64,000 bases of DNA, taken from assembly GCA_002269645.1 (NCBI GenBank), contig NIVC01000763.1, positions 310,001 to 374,000 of the forward strand, given 5' to 3'. Origin of the DNA: Macrostomum lignano. Lineage: Eukaryota. The notes beneath the pieces were generated by a model. That model was not told where the DNA came from. It saw nothing but the letters and a program-made list of their open reading frames with translations, and made no database searches. This document shows positions 12,948 to 26,080 of this stretch, piece after piece; position 1 is the stretch's first letter, and each line of letters opens with the position of its first letter. Made by a program: the position numbers and the translations under genes.

Positions 12948-15900
12948 CTAACAGTTCCACTGCGGAGCCTCGGCGCCGCGATGCGCAACGCACAGGCGCC
13001 TGGCAGCAACGCGCAGGCCGGCTTTGATAAGCGCAGCTCCGGCCGCACCACACGTTGGCTGCTCCGAAGATTCGAACCAGCGCAGCAGGCACTGAAAAGC
13101 GGCCTCGCGAGCGTCGTGGCCCCAGCGCGATTCGACTCGCGCAACCTCGGCGCTGGAAAGTCGCAGGGCGCGGGCGAGAACGCGCCACCGGGTTGAGGCC
13201 GGCTCAGCTGCCTCCCACATCGCAAACTCGTCCGGCTCGTCAGGGCACGGAGAAGAAGGCGGCGGAGGCGGACGGCGGAGACGGCGACTCGCCGAGGCGT
13301 CGGCTGCCGGCGGAACAGCGGCTCCGCCGCCTCCGTCGCTTCCCTCAACAATCGCCTCGTCACGGCGGCAACGTCGCTTCCCAGACGGCGCCAGCTTCTC
13401 CGTAGCCGACGAGGTCGTAGCGCTCGTCGTTGTCGACGCTGTCGATGTCGACACATCATCGTCCTCGTCATCGTCATCGTCGTCGACGTCGCCGAAGCAG
13501 CAGCACCGGCGAGCCAGGCGGATGCGCCGCCTTTGCCGTCGTCGCCGCTTGTCGCAGCAGCAGTGGCGCCGGCGGGCCCGCTTGCGCGACGCCGTCGGCC
13601 GTGCAGCCGGGGGCGGCCGCGCCAGAGTCAAGTCGAACAGCGGCTCGCTAGCGGAGTCGCCTTCCACGAGGACGCGGCCAAAAACTCCGCCGCCACCGCT
13701 GCCGCCGTCGGAAGTTTCGCCCAGCCGTCGGTACCGACAGGCGAACACTTTGTCGAAGGCTTGGCCGGAGAAGTCGGTCTCAGTTTTGGCCAACTGCGGC
13801 GCCTCCCCAGCCCCGGGGTCGGCCTCGAACTGCTCGGACAGCAGGCGGACGCAAATCCGGCCAGGAGGCACTGGCCGGTCCAGCAAGGCGGCGCCGACGC
13901 AGACGCGGCCGCCGACGGCATTTGGAGCCGGTCTGTCAGCCCGGTGCAGCAGCACCTCCAGGGTGAACCCGGCGCCAGCGGCCGGCTGCGCGTAGACGGC
14001 GCAGCGCATTCTGTAGGCGCCGGCTGCTGCTGCGGTGGCGGCGCTAGGATAAACTGCCGCGGCGCCGAGTTTGGCGCGCCGAATGGCGCCAGCCAGGCGG
14101 GACCAGACGGCGCGGATCAGGCAGAACCGAGTTAGCTGGACGCGAAGCTCCAGAGAAGCATCCGCATTGCCAGCGGACGACTTAACGACGGAGAACGGCG
14201 CGTCGAGACGGTGCCAGACGGGCGGCTCGGAGCCTTCGGGATAAGGAGGGGATGGAGCATTAGGAGAGGTAGAGTTTAAGACATCTGGGAGGCGAATGGG
14301 AATTATAATATGGGAATCCGGGAAGGGGAATTAGAATCTGGGGTTCTGGGATAGGGGAATTAAAATCTGGGGTTCTGGGATAGGGGAATTAAAATCTGGG
14401 GTTCTGGGATAGGGGAATTAGAATCTGGGGTTCTGGGATAGGGGAATTAGAATCTGGGGTTCTGGGATAGGGGAATTAGAATCTGGGGGATTTAAAAAAA
14501 AGGGAATTAGAATCTTGGAGATCTGGAGGGTCTAACAGAGGGAATCTGGGGAAACTGAAAAGGGAATTAGAACCTGGGAAGGGGAATTAGAGTCTGGAGT
14601 GATCTGGGATAGGGGAATTAGAATCTGGGGGATCTGGGATAGGGGAATTAGAATCTGGGGGATCTGAGATAGGGGAATTAGAATCTGGGGGATCTGGGAT
14701 AGGGGAATTAGAATCTGGGTGATCTGGGATAGGGGAATTAGAATCTGGGGGATCTGGGATAGGGGAATTAGAATCTGGGGGATCTGGGATAGGGGAATTA
14801 GAATCTGGGGGATCTGGGATAGGGGAGTTAGAATCTGGGGGATCTGGGAAGGGGAATTAGAACCTGGGGGAATCTGGCAAGGTAAATTAGAATCTGGGGT
14901 TCTGGGATAGGGGAATTAGACTCTTGGAGACCTGGAGGGTCTAACAGAGGGAATCTGGGGAAGCTGAAAAGGGAAGTAGAACCTGGGAAGGGGAATTAGA
15001 GTCTGGAGTGATCTGGGATAGGGGAATTAGAGTCTGGAGTGATCTGGGATAGGGGAATTAGAATCTGGGGGATCTGGGATAGGGGAATTAGAATCTGGGG
15101 GATCTGGGATAGGGGAATTAGAATCTGGGGGATCTGGAATAGGGGAATTAGAATCTGGGGGATCTGGGATAGGGGAATTAGAATCTGGGGGATCTGGGAT
15201 AGGGGAATTAGAATCTGGGGGATCTGGAATAGGGGAATTAGAATCTGGGGGATCTGGGATAGGGGAATTAGAATCTGGGGGATCTAGGATAGGGGAATTA
15301 GAATCTGGGGGATCTGGGATAGGGGAATTAGAATATGGGGGATCTGGGATAGGGGAATTAAATCTGGGGGAATCTTGCAAGGGGAATTAGAATCTGAGGG
15401 ATCTGGGATAGGGGAATTAGAACCTGGGGATCTGGGAAGGGGAATTAGAACCTGGGGGATCTGGGAAGGGGAATTAGAACCTGGGGGAATCTGGCAAGGG
15501 GAATTAGAATCTGGCACTCTAGTACTGCTACTCACCAGTAGTATCGCTATGCCACAGAGACAAGTCTGTCTCCGGTCTCAGTCCGAACCGTTCAAACAGC
15601 TCGGAGCAGTGCGGCAAAGGCAAGCAGAGGGTCACTGGCCGGCAAAATGCGAGCTGATGAGGCAGGCATTCAACAATCGGAGCAGTTCGAATGCTTCAGC
15701 TTCTTCTTTCGCAGTGCTATCCTTAGCGTACAGCGGGCAGCGCAGCACGGCTCGGCAAGGCGACTCGGCCGTCCACTGGACGCAGCCGGCCGGGAATTCC
15801 AGCCTCGGCTGGCCGGGAACGTCGGACAGGACGGCTTGGACGGAGCTGTCTGGCGACAACAGCACGGCGGCCTCCGGAGCGGAAGCGACGGCCAAGGCGC

Positions 15901-18900
15901 AGTAGGCGGCGGGAGCGAGAAGACGGCTGAATGGCGTGAGTGGATAAAATTAAAGTACAAGTTGTATTAAAAAATGCACTAATCAAGTCTAGCGGGTGTA
16001 AGCGGTGGATTAGTGTGGGTGGCGGATCACGATGAGTGAGGGGAGCGGATAATGATGAGTGAGGGGGCGGATCACGATGAGTGAGGGGAGCGGATTATGA
16101 TGAGTGAGGGGGCGGATCACGATGAGTGAGGGGGCGGATCATGATGATTGAGGGGGGCGGATCTTGATGAGTGAGGGGAGCGGATCATGATGAGTGAGGG
16201 GGCGGATCATGATGAGTGAGGGGGCGGATCATGATGACTGAGGGGACGGATCATGATGAGTGAGGGGGACGGATCTTGATGAGTGAGGGGGCGGATCTTG
16301 ATGAGTGAGGGGAGCGGATTATGATGAGTGAGGGGGGCGGATCTTGATGAGTGAGGGGGAGCGGATCACGATGAGTGAGGGGGCGGATCATGATGACTGA
16401 GGGGGACGGATCTTGATGAGTGAGGGGGAGCGGATCACGATGAGTGAGGGGGCGGATCATGATGACTGAGGGGGACGGATCTTGATGAGTGAGGGGGCGG
16501 ATCATGATGACTAAGTGAGGGGGCGGATCACGATGAGTGAGGGGGCGGATCATGATGACTGAGGGGGACGGATCTTGATGAGTGAGGGGGCGGATCATGA
16601 TGACTAAGTGAGGGGGCGGATCACGATGAGTGAGGGGGCGGATCATGATGACTGAAGGGGGAGGGCGGATCACGATGAGTGAGGGGGGCGGATCATGATG
16701 ACTGAGGGGGCGGATCTTGATGAGTGAGGGGGCGGATCATGATGACTGAGGGGGGAGGGCGGATCACGATGAGTGAGGGGGCGGATCATGATGACTGAGG
16801 GGGCGGATCTTGATGAGTGAGGGGGCGGATCATGATGACTGAGGGGGCGGATCTTTATGAGTGAGGGGGCGGATCATGATGACTGAGGGGGCGGATCTTG
16901 ATGAGTGAGGGGGCGGATCATGAGTGAGGGGCGGATTATGATGAGTGAGGGGGCGGATCTTGATGAGTGAGGAGGGCGGATCAGTGTGGAGTGAGGGCGG
17001 ATCAGTGTGGGGTGAGAGGGCGGATCTTGGTGGATGGGGTGGATCAGGGTGGGTGAAGGGGCGGATATTGCTAGCAGAGTAACACGGTTTACCCCGAGTC
17101 TGCAGCAGAAACGGTAACTCGAAGGCCTCCGTCAGCAACCCGAACTCGAACAAACTCGGAATCCAGCGGTCGCCATCTGATCGAACCGGAGGACTCGACT
17201 GCGGCATCGGCGATGTGCCCGATGCACACAACGTAGTCGCGCCTGCGACGCGCAGCCACGCCAAGCGGCAGCTGAAGCGCCAAAGCCGGCGCCAACAGAC
17301 GCGCTGGCGGCGATGCAAGCGTCAAGTCGGCGGCGGGGCGCAATTTTGGCGCCAATTTGTCCGGCAGGAGGCGCAGGGCGTCGCTGCTGACCTCTGACGG
17401 CCGCGGCAGTAGGGTCGCCAGCAAGCCGACAACAACAAGGCTGCTGTCTGAATCCGCCTTGGCTATTTGCTGCGTCTGCCAGTCGATCTCGGCTGCGCTA
17501 GAGGATTCGACCCGGTTGAGCAGCCCGACTGCCGGGCAACTTGGCGACAGAAGATCGCGCAGTCTGGGAGGACGGTTAGATGAATTCGACGCGCTTAAAG
17601 CTGCACCGGAAGTTGTAGATGCTACATCGGAAGTTGTAGATGCTACATCGGAAGTCGTAGATGCTGTACCGGAAGTCGTACATGCTACACCGGAAGTTGT
17701 ATATGCTACACCGGAAGTCGTAGATGCTACACCGGAAGTTGTAGATGCTGTACCGGAAGTTGTACATTCTCTACCGGCACCGGAAGCTATAGATGATACA
17801 CTGTAAACCTTAGATGCTACACCGGAAGTTGTAGATGTTACACCGGAAGTTGTAGATGTTACACCAGAAGTTGAAGATGCTGCAATAGAAGCTTTAAGTG
17901 CTGCACCGGAAGTTGTAAAAATTGTACCGGAAGATGTGCGCATTGCAGGGAAAGCTGTTTTTGATGCTGTAGACACATTAGCTTGCGGTCTATTTTTCAG
18001 CCTGAACTTCTTTGAGTCTACTTTAGGAATTAGCGACTCAGGATTAGTGCCTAGTCGAATACCTTGCCCAACCGACTGGCCGGAAGTCGTTGCTAAGCAA
18101 TCTTGGTAGGATGTAGAATAGTCCTGACCAATTTGCTGCTGCTGCCTGTCCGTAAGCGGCCGTCTCGAACAAGCGGAATCGAACCCGCGACTTTCGCTAC
18201 TAAGGTTAATAATAGGATTGCCGTTTAATAAGAGGCGGGATAAGCGAGGCAGCCGAAGCAGTTCACGGGGATACCTGCGCAAACGATTGTGCGACAGGTC
18301 CAGCAAACGAAGGCCGTCGAGAGCCGCGAACCAGGCCGGGACCCGGTTGAGGCGATTGTGAGAGACCAGCAGCTCCTGTTTGGTTTGATGGTGCAAGTAG
18401 TATGTAAAGCGCATGCGATTTTAATGGCAATGTTTGCCTAATCAGGTAACACAGGTAAAATAGGAAATAATTATGGGACTCTAGACGACTCTAAAACGAC
18501 AAGAGGTTGTCAAAGTCAGAGTCAATTTTCGACTTTTTAGCGATTCTTGTCACAGTAACGTTTTCAACGGAGTGGGTCATGGGCTATGGTTCTTAAGGGG
18601 TTTCTAAGGGATTTCTAAAGGGGTTGTAGCCCAAAGGGCTGGTAGCCTAACGGTTAAAGCGTCGGACTCACGACTGAAAAGTCGGGGGTTCGATTCTGGA
18701 CCCACTCGGAACAATTTGTGTCCTTGAGCAAGATATTTAAATCTGCATTGCTTCAGTTCACCCAGCTGTAAATTGGGTGCCAGCATTAGCTGTGGTAATT
18801 GAGGGTGTGCGTGGAGACCCATTAGGTCTTAAAAGGACTTAAAAGGCCACACCTGAAGCAAAGGCAATGACTGGCCGGGCGCATCAGCGGGCCAGCTGTC

Positions 18901-19104
18901 GGGCAGGTCAGCCAGGCGATTGTGAGAAAGGTCCAAGCGAACTAAGCAGTGCAGCCGCGGCAGCGGTGGCAGCTGGGTGAGACGGAGGCCGCGCAAGCTG
19001 AGCGTAGATTTGGACAGCTCAGCTTTGCTCCGACCAGCTTTGCAATTTTTCTCTTTATTCGACCCGGCCGCATGGCTTAAGGAGCCTGGGTTTAAGGCTG
19101 CCAT
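12948..19104 (-). CDS. PIDD1: PIDD1-like protein: about 5 LRR, Ser/Thr-rich linker, 2 ZU5, UPA, death domain; exons 19104-18853, 18375-17093, 15926-15536, 14233-12948 (frame break in exon 3)
   Basis: LRRs (LDLSHNRL twice, LLVSHNRL, LLLNGNP); ZU5 motifs LEFPAGC and APIVECLPHQLAFCRPVTLCLPLPHC; C-terminal death domain (RWRVLARALRLSSAEVARVE...AFQCLLRW). All three introns are GT-AG with matching phases (0, 2, 1). Orthology rests on domain architecture only. Confidence 0.8.
14330..15512. repeat. 29-30-bp G-rich minisatellite (GGGATAGGGGAATTAGAATCTGGGGGATCT)n in PIDD-like intron 3
   Basis: Period 30, with an internal duplicated non-repeat block (about 14500-14590 and 14920-15010). Confidence 0.96.
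16015..17065. repeat. 22-24-bp G-rich minisatellite (GATCATGATGAGTGAGGGGGCG)n in PIDD-like intron 2
   Basis: Direct reading. Confidence 0.96.
17575..17935 (-). repeat. Coding 21-bp repeat encoding (TSGVAST)n in PIDD-like exon 2
   Basis: In frame in the 17089-18414 ORF, between the LRRs and the first ZU5. Confidence 0.9.
18636..18790 (+). mobile_element. tRNA-derived CORE-type SINE, copy 1 (PIDD-like intron 1)
   Basis: A box TAGCCTAACGG and B box GGTTCGATTC, followed by TTGTGTCCTTGAGCAAG...CAGTTCACCCAGCTGTAAATTGGG, which aligns with the MIR/CORE consensus. A second copy lies at 37.6 kb. Confidence 0.8.
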
Positions 19105-20149
19105 GCACTGAAAGTGTTTAAATTTAGCTATAATTATTACTATAAATCTTTGACAGATTACCAACTAAAATATTGAGCTTGTTTATACTGATCACTTGGA
19201 TTTAAGCATAGATCAGTCGCTTCACAAATTTACTCAATTTGCTACTTTTCGGACCATATATAAGTAGTACAGAATCGGCAAATTACTGATAAAAGTTCGA
19301 CATTGTTTTTACTTTTACTTTTTTGTTTTTTAGGCATTTATCAAAGATCCATATTCTGTGTTTAAGTCAAATGGCTCATTGCCAAATAGCGATTCCAAGG
19401 AAGATATTATGGTAGGAATTAAATTGGCTGCTGTCTGTTTTTAAGAAGATTTTTAAGAATCTTTTAATATTAGCTTCAGTTCTAATATACCTGGGTCAAG
19501 CATAAAATAAATTACGAAGGGTTAAAATTTCTTTAGCTTTTGATAATGGAATTACAATTTTCCAAAAGTGAAACAAGGAGTCTGATTGCTATCAAAATTT
19601 GATAAAATATGTTTAATAGCCAAAGCTAAAAAAGCTTCCTAAGTTACTACTGATGCTAACTGGATAGCTATCAATTATTTAAATAAATTTATTTTAAAAT
19701 AAGCTTTTTCTTTTAGTTTAATTTATATATCTATTTTATTTTAGTATAAAATACAATTAATTCAATGTACTTGAAAAATCATTTTTGTCAAGTTTAGAAA
19801 AAATGAATTTTTGGAATTTAAAAAAGTAGATAGGCCTATAGAAAGATTGCCCCAAAAACCTTGTATATTTTAAAAAATAATATACATTGTGAGTGATAGC
19901 CCAATCAGCATGTAGCTGCCAATTGCAAGTATACCTGCTCTGAAACCCCTTGCTTGCCAAGCTGAGTGATGGGTATACTTAGACAGAAAGTCAGTATGCT
20001 AAGTTAGGAGGCATTGGCCTTTAATCATGCCACCTTTTGTATACCTCCCCATATGATTGTGCATGCTTGTATATATTCAGCACCATAAAGTAAATAAACT
20101 TTTTAATTTCTTGCTTGCTAACTTATTTTGTTTTGCAAACCACTAAATT

Positions 20150-20800
20150 GGTACAATGGCTTCAACATAGAGGCAGCTATCTCTTTTAAACTGCTTACAC
20201 TTTGGGTAGCCTAACTTTATATATGGCTCATTCTAGCCAAAGCCCAATTTTGTCTATGTAGAATCATGCAAGATAACTAAGTAACTAAGACATAGATAAC
20301 ATAGATAACTACTTGGTGGTAGTGCTTGACTAGCAAATGGTTGAATGCCTCCTTTAGCCATTTATTAGACATTTTAGAGACTCTTCCAGCAGAGGACAAG
20401 TATAAGAGGCTGACCAACTCATGACAACACTGAGCCACAAGTGCTCTGAACCTTCAATTGAAACCATCAACTATGTTAGGTACTTTTCTAATGCTTGCTA
20501 AATGTGGTTACTAAGGTCTATTCAAGCAGCATCTTAAAGGCACTTTCAACTTGTCAAGGCAGCAAAGGGCCAATTGCTGGCTCAACATGACTAGCCCTGA
20601 GGGATTAGTAGATATCAGAGCTCAAAGGCTAAGATGCTTACCCTGATGGGAGACCACCCAATATGCTTGCTTTTTGAAAAGCTATTCTATTAGCAACTGT
20701 TGTTAGACATTGCATGGCCATAATGACCACTGACTTTGTAAAGCCATTGCTTGCCAACAAGCTGTAGGCTAACTGCTAGCAGGCTATAACTCACTATAGC
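20150..20800 (+). mobile_element. Heavily decayed Gypsy gag relic
   Basis: Translates with stops as KLLTLW..WLILAKAQFCLCRI..DILETLPAEDKYKRL..LFEKLFY*QLLLDI, matching the retrotransposon gag pattern KLPPFW..WF.QAEAQF..Y..LK..LF.QQLP.DI. Confidence 0.6.
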
Positions 20801-21031
20801 TCTATTCAATAGCTAGCAATGTAGACCCCTTGCTATTCAACCAGCTAATAATGGCTTTGACTAGCAAGAGCAACCACTAAGCCTAGCATCATTGGCCTCT
20901 ATAGTGCTGCTAGAACAATAGACTAGGCTTTTATCATTACTAGTTTGATGCAAAGGCCTATTGCTATAAGGCACCTAAAATGGTTGACAGTCATTTTGTC
21001 TATTGCCAGTTTGTCTGCCATTCTTTTGTCT

Positions 21032-21191
21032 ACAAAAATATGATGTAGTCATTTTGTCTGCCATAGAATATTAAGACTAAGGTAGGACACCAATTCATAT
21101 AATATTGAAATCAAATATATATATATATCATATAGGTGTCATACATTAGTCTTAATATTCTATGGCAGACAAAATGACTACATATTTTTGT
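21032..21191. mobile_element. Hairpin/MITE with about 46-bp near-perfect inverted arms
   Basis: 21032-21080 is the reverse complement of 21146-21191 apart from a 3-nt insertion. Confidence 0.75.
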
Positions 21192-24100
21192 AGTTTTTGT
21201 ATTTTTTATATTATATATATATATATATTAAAAAGTACTCATGGTGGTAATGAAGATAAAGAACTCATTACATTAGAAGTATGAACATATGTGTATCTAA
21301 AAATATAGATTTTTTCTAAGTACCAGACATCTATTTATAGGTTATACTCATGTATTAACTTTTTGTTTATAATGAGTAAGTATTAGGGATAGCAAATGCA
21401 TTATTATCATTGGATAGGGCTGATAACAGCCAGCCAATCATATTCAACTGCAAACTCTGCCTTAAATATTGGTAACCACAGTAGCTTATAACTTATTCTC
21501 AATGGAAATTTAAATTTTATATTATTTTTCTTAGAAAAAATGCAATAAACAAAATTATGCTTACAAAAAATGATATCATAATAAAAATCATTTAACTTTT
21601 CAAAATTAGCTTTACAAGCTATATAGCTATGCTTTTATTTTTATTTTTAAAAAGTCATTTTATCTGTTGGCATGGTAGCCAAATGGGTAAGTTGGCTACC
21701 AGGGTCTGGATTGTGTAGTAGTGTACACCGGAACAAGAATCCTAGCTCATCTAAATGTATGCCAGTGTATGCCAAAAAGGGTAACAATTCCCCTAATATA
21801 TAAGCTAAAATTTCTAAAAAAGGTCATTCAGGTCAAAAAAGCATAAGACAATAGTTATGTCCAAATTAATTAATGTTACTTGGTCATCTTCTTTCAGTCA
21901 TCTTTGCAGTTAATGTCTGCAAAGCTTAAACTAGAAAATAAATAGAAAATAGGCTTAAAATAGAAATGAAAAGAATTTTAAACTCATTTTGAAATAGTTC
22001 TTGGAAATTTTTAACATGGAAATTACATAAATTTAAATTAAAATTTTCATGCATGAGTCCCACAGCATGAGTTTATAGGCCAAAAATGGCAAGACTTTGT
22101 TTATATACCAAGATTTGTATATTAAAAATGGCAAGACTTTGTTTGTACACCAAAATTTATATGCCAACTTTGAAAGGGGTCATTTGTACGCTGGAATTTT
22201 CCAGCATACATGTAACCTTCCGGAGTCTGGGTTGGCTAGTAGTAAATTAGTAGCTTAGTAGCTAGCAACAATAAGTGAGCCTATTGTTTATTCCCAATAT
22301 GCAAATAGGTTGACACTTTCTGGTCAACATAGTTGCCAATTAGGTTAGAATTTTCCTTGTCACTGGTACTAATGCCTACTTGCAACCCCCAGCCTGCTGC
22401 TTTAAGCAGTAGTAGTTCTTAGCAGCTCACACTTAATCTTAGCATCAAATGCTACTCTTGACTATTTGTCTTATATCTCTTGATTGGTATAGACTTTATA
22501 TAGACATGCCATATTTATAGCTTCTAGATATCTGCTTGCTTACTAGTATGCACTTTCTAGGCAGCATTAGGCCTAGTTGTGCTATGACCTACTGATCCTG
22601 ATAACACCCAGATTGGAAAAGTATATATGCCAATAAAGACCACTTAGGCCATCTAATATATTAAGATGTTACTAGACTTATATATTAGATGCTACTAGAA
22701 CTATACATTATATGTTACTAGATAATACATGAAACACTACTGTTACTACTTATAAATATACTAAGTAATCTTCATTAAGTGATTCTAAGAAATACTTAGA
22801 CAAATTAGCAGTGTCAATATCATTTAAATAGATAAGAAAACATCTGTTTTAACTTTAGTCAGTGGCATTTAGAAGACAGAACTGAGCCCTGCAACAACTT
22901 TGGTTGTAGCAGGCACCATAGTCAGGAAGGTGGCACAGGGTGCACCGGAATAATTTTTTGGGACAATTTGTGCGCCGTCTATGCATCGTCTATGTGCCAT
23001 TTGTGCGCTGTCTGTGCACCACTCTTCACGAATAGAGTTTTCAAAGAAAGGCCTTCATACAAAAAGCCTTTCTAAAATGTTACACATATTTTCATTTTAA
23101 ACAAACTTAAATTATACCTACAAAGAAAGTAATGCAAAATTGATGTTTTTAGCAATAATTTATACTAATTTTATTTTTACTGTTAATTTTAAAGAAGCAA
23201 AAAGTTTATCACTGACTTTCTAGACTATACAAATCTCCTTTATTTTACGTAAAATGTTAATTTGCATTACAATTTTCATGCATGTCAAGGACCTTATGCG
23301 CCGCAATTATGCGTCGCATGCGCTAGGGACCTCAGTGTGCACCATGATTGTGCGGCAAGTGCGCCAAGGACCCCTTGTGTGCGCCGGGCTTGTGTGCCAA
23401 TGTGCACCGAGACCCTTTGTGTGTGCGGGAATTTTCCCTCTCAGAGGCCACCTTCCCTGGGTTTTTTTTTGTTCCTAACTTAGGTGCGATTTTGCACCCT
23501 ATGCTAGATTTCATGGTTCGATTTTCAAGACCAGGATGCGCTGTACTGCTGCAGACAAAAACTTGCAAAAATTTGGGTGGGCTTTTCGCACCCTGAGTCA
23601 AATTTCAGGGTGCGATTTTTAAGACCAGGATGATATTTGCACCCATTTGCACAAAAAAAACCCAGCACCTTCCTGACTATGGAGTAGGCAGTGGGATATT
23701 TTAACAGAGAGAAGTTTTGCCCTAGCATAAAAACTAATACTATGCAAAACCTAATGGGTATTATAATGTGACAATAATGCATGCATTCTATATATCATGA
23801 TTATTCTGGTTTAATCTGTGTACATATATATTATACATATTAACACATAGTATATATACATGTGATGATTCTAACATGTAAATGGATAGGAAGCAAGCAT
23901 TATAAAATTATACATATTATGATGTTGCCATTTATACATAGTGCATGTGTATATAGTGTAGTGCATCAATATATACTATATAGTCTGTATAGAGTATAGT
24001 GTAGTGTAATGTAGTATAATTTGGCTCAGGCAAGCAACAGCCTGTTTAGCCAGTATGGGCTTTGTATTATAATTTAATTTTTTGTTGCTTGAAATAATTG

Positions 24101-25859
24101 TTAAATTAGCTAGGTAAATTACGGAGTATTGCTTTGATTGATTACGAATAAAGTCAAATCAAAAAATCAAATTAAAAAGTATGAGAACTGTAGCAAATCT
24201 TATCATTGAATTTTGTATGGATGCATTTTTGTTTTGTTGGGGGTTAGGATTATTATTGTGTATTATCAATAATGTATTTTGTTGTAATTTCCAAAAGTGC
24301 GCCCCAATTAAAAAAGCACTCTTGTCTTGCATTAGACCATATTGCCTTAGTACTCAAAGCAGAGAAGTTGGACTTGAAACCTTGAAATATAAAGTCAGAA
24401 TTGTGTTTGATTGACATCTCAACAAAGTGCAAGTCTTACAGAACAAGTTTTTAAATTACCACAAAAGGGCGCAATGAAAGCCTTTTCTGAAACATATACC
24501 TTTTAGGTACCAGGGTTGTTAATAAAAAAATTGGTTGTTCTTAAGGACATTATTAAAACTATAATTATAAAAAAAATAAATATAGATATTAAATATTTAG
24601 TATGTCTCGAATTTTAGAAATGGTGTGAAAAAAATAAACAAAAAATAATGCATTTAGTAGGCCTACAACTTTTTTTAGGTAAGCATTTGTCTTGACAGAA
24701 TTGATGCCGTATATGCCTACGTTGTGCTACATCGGGAGGGCGCATTGAGGGTCTATTAGAAAGCATAAAGCTGGAGATGAAAAGTGGAAATAATTACACT
24801 GCTGATGTATCTTCATGGTTATATGCAGTTTATGTCTTATGTTTATATTTACAAACAATTATAGTATCTGAAACTGATACTTGTGTACTTATATACTACA
24901 TACAAATTACAATATGCTAAGTAATCCATAATCGTGGACATGGTTCCTTTGTGTTGCTGATGACGATTCTGTTTCTGTTATCGAATTGATTGACTAGGCG
25001 TTCGAATAATTGATAACACCGACGAATTTGAACCCGCCGCCGCCGAGTTTCCTTGAAGCATAATTTATTGATTTAAACAAACACGCTAAAAAGGGCCAAA
25101 GAGGAACTCTTTCTGCCAAATTTCAATTAATCACATCAGATGCAGAGTAACTTTAAGTGCAGTTGAGCAGTCTCTGAAAGGGCTTTGACACGACGCGCAT
25201 ATACTTATAGCTTATTTTGTTTTTGTCGTCCAAATAAGGGAGCTCAACTAGATCGACATTTCAGAGCCTATATTGAGTAAGCCATTTACCTCAGATTTTT
25301 AACAAAGTCGGATTAAATTCAGCCTTTCAGAAATTCGATTCAAACAATTCGAAAAAGACAATCGATGATCACTTACAAAAGTTCAAGTTCAATTGAAACA
25401 AAGCCACTTCCAAGAAACAAGCTGCCGTATTCAACCGCCTCGATCGCCACTTCCCCTCTCCGCCTCGTCACTCCGGACATTAAACAAAAGAAAAATGTTA
25501 TATTCAATTCTCTGCAGGGAAATCATATCAAAAGACCCACGTACTGCACCTCTCTGCATTTTTAAAAATTCATCTCCATAGAGGTGACGTCACAGATGGT
25601 TTGTAAGCTAATGCGAGCGCTTCGTTTTAGCTCCATTAGAATGACCTTTGGGATCAATTTGATGAATATGCTGCTAACTGCTACTTAGAAGCTGCTAAAC
25701 GGCCTTTGGTTTATTGACTCTAGCAGTTGCACTCTTTTCCAGTCTGCTAACTTTTTGGCTTCACGAGCTTAGCAGTCGGATGAGAGGGGTTTCTGAGCGA
25801 TGTCTTGGTCAAAAGGCTTGGTTTTTAGCAGACTGCTAGCTAGCGGTTTCATGAGCGTA

Positions 25860-26080
25860 GCAGCTAAACGGACGCAACTTTATAACTTCCTTTAGCTCGA
25901 GAGGCGGCTATAGAATCCGAATATATCCAGAAACGTTTAATTTTCTGGTGGATCGTATATTGGCCCGCAGTTGGAAAACACAAAGCCCCGAGAAGTGGAA
26001 GTCGTGAGCAAACACTGACTGCGCGTTCCGGTTTTATGCAACCAACAGTTTCTATCACGTACTCCGGGATACGCATGGGC
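25860..26080 (-). mobile_element. Possible decayed non-LTR retrotransposon RNase H fragment
   Basis: FWIYSDSIAASRAKGSYKVAS resembles the I.IYSDS.AA..AL.S motif of LINE RNase H; nothing else supports it. Confidence 0.35.

Noticed and set aside
12872-14135. Overlapping antisense and alternative-frame ORFs in GC-rich exons (also over Frizzled, POLDIP2 and pol)
   Set aside because: Expected shadows of GC-rich coding sequence; no motifs.
18636-18710. tRNA-Val(CAC)-like gene, also at about 37675-37749
   Set aside because: Poor stems, and both continue into a shared CORE-like body, so they are SINE heads.
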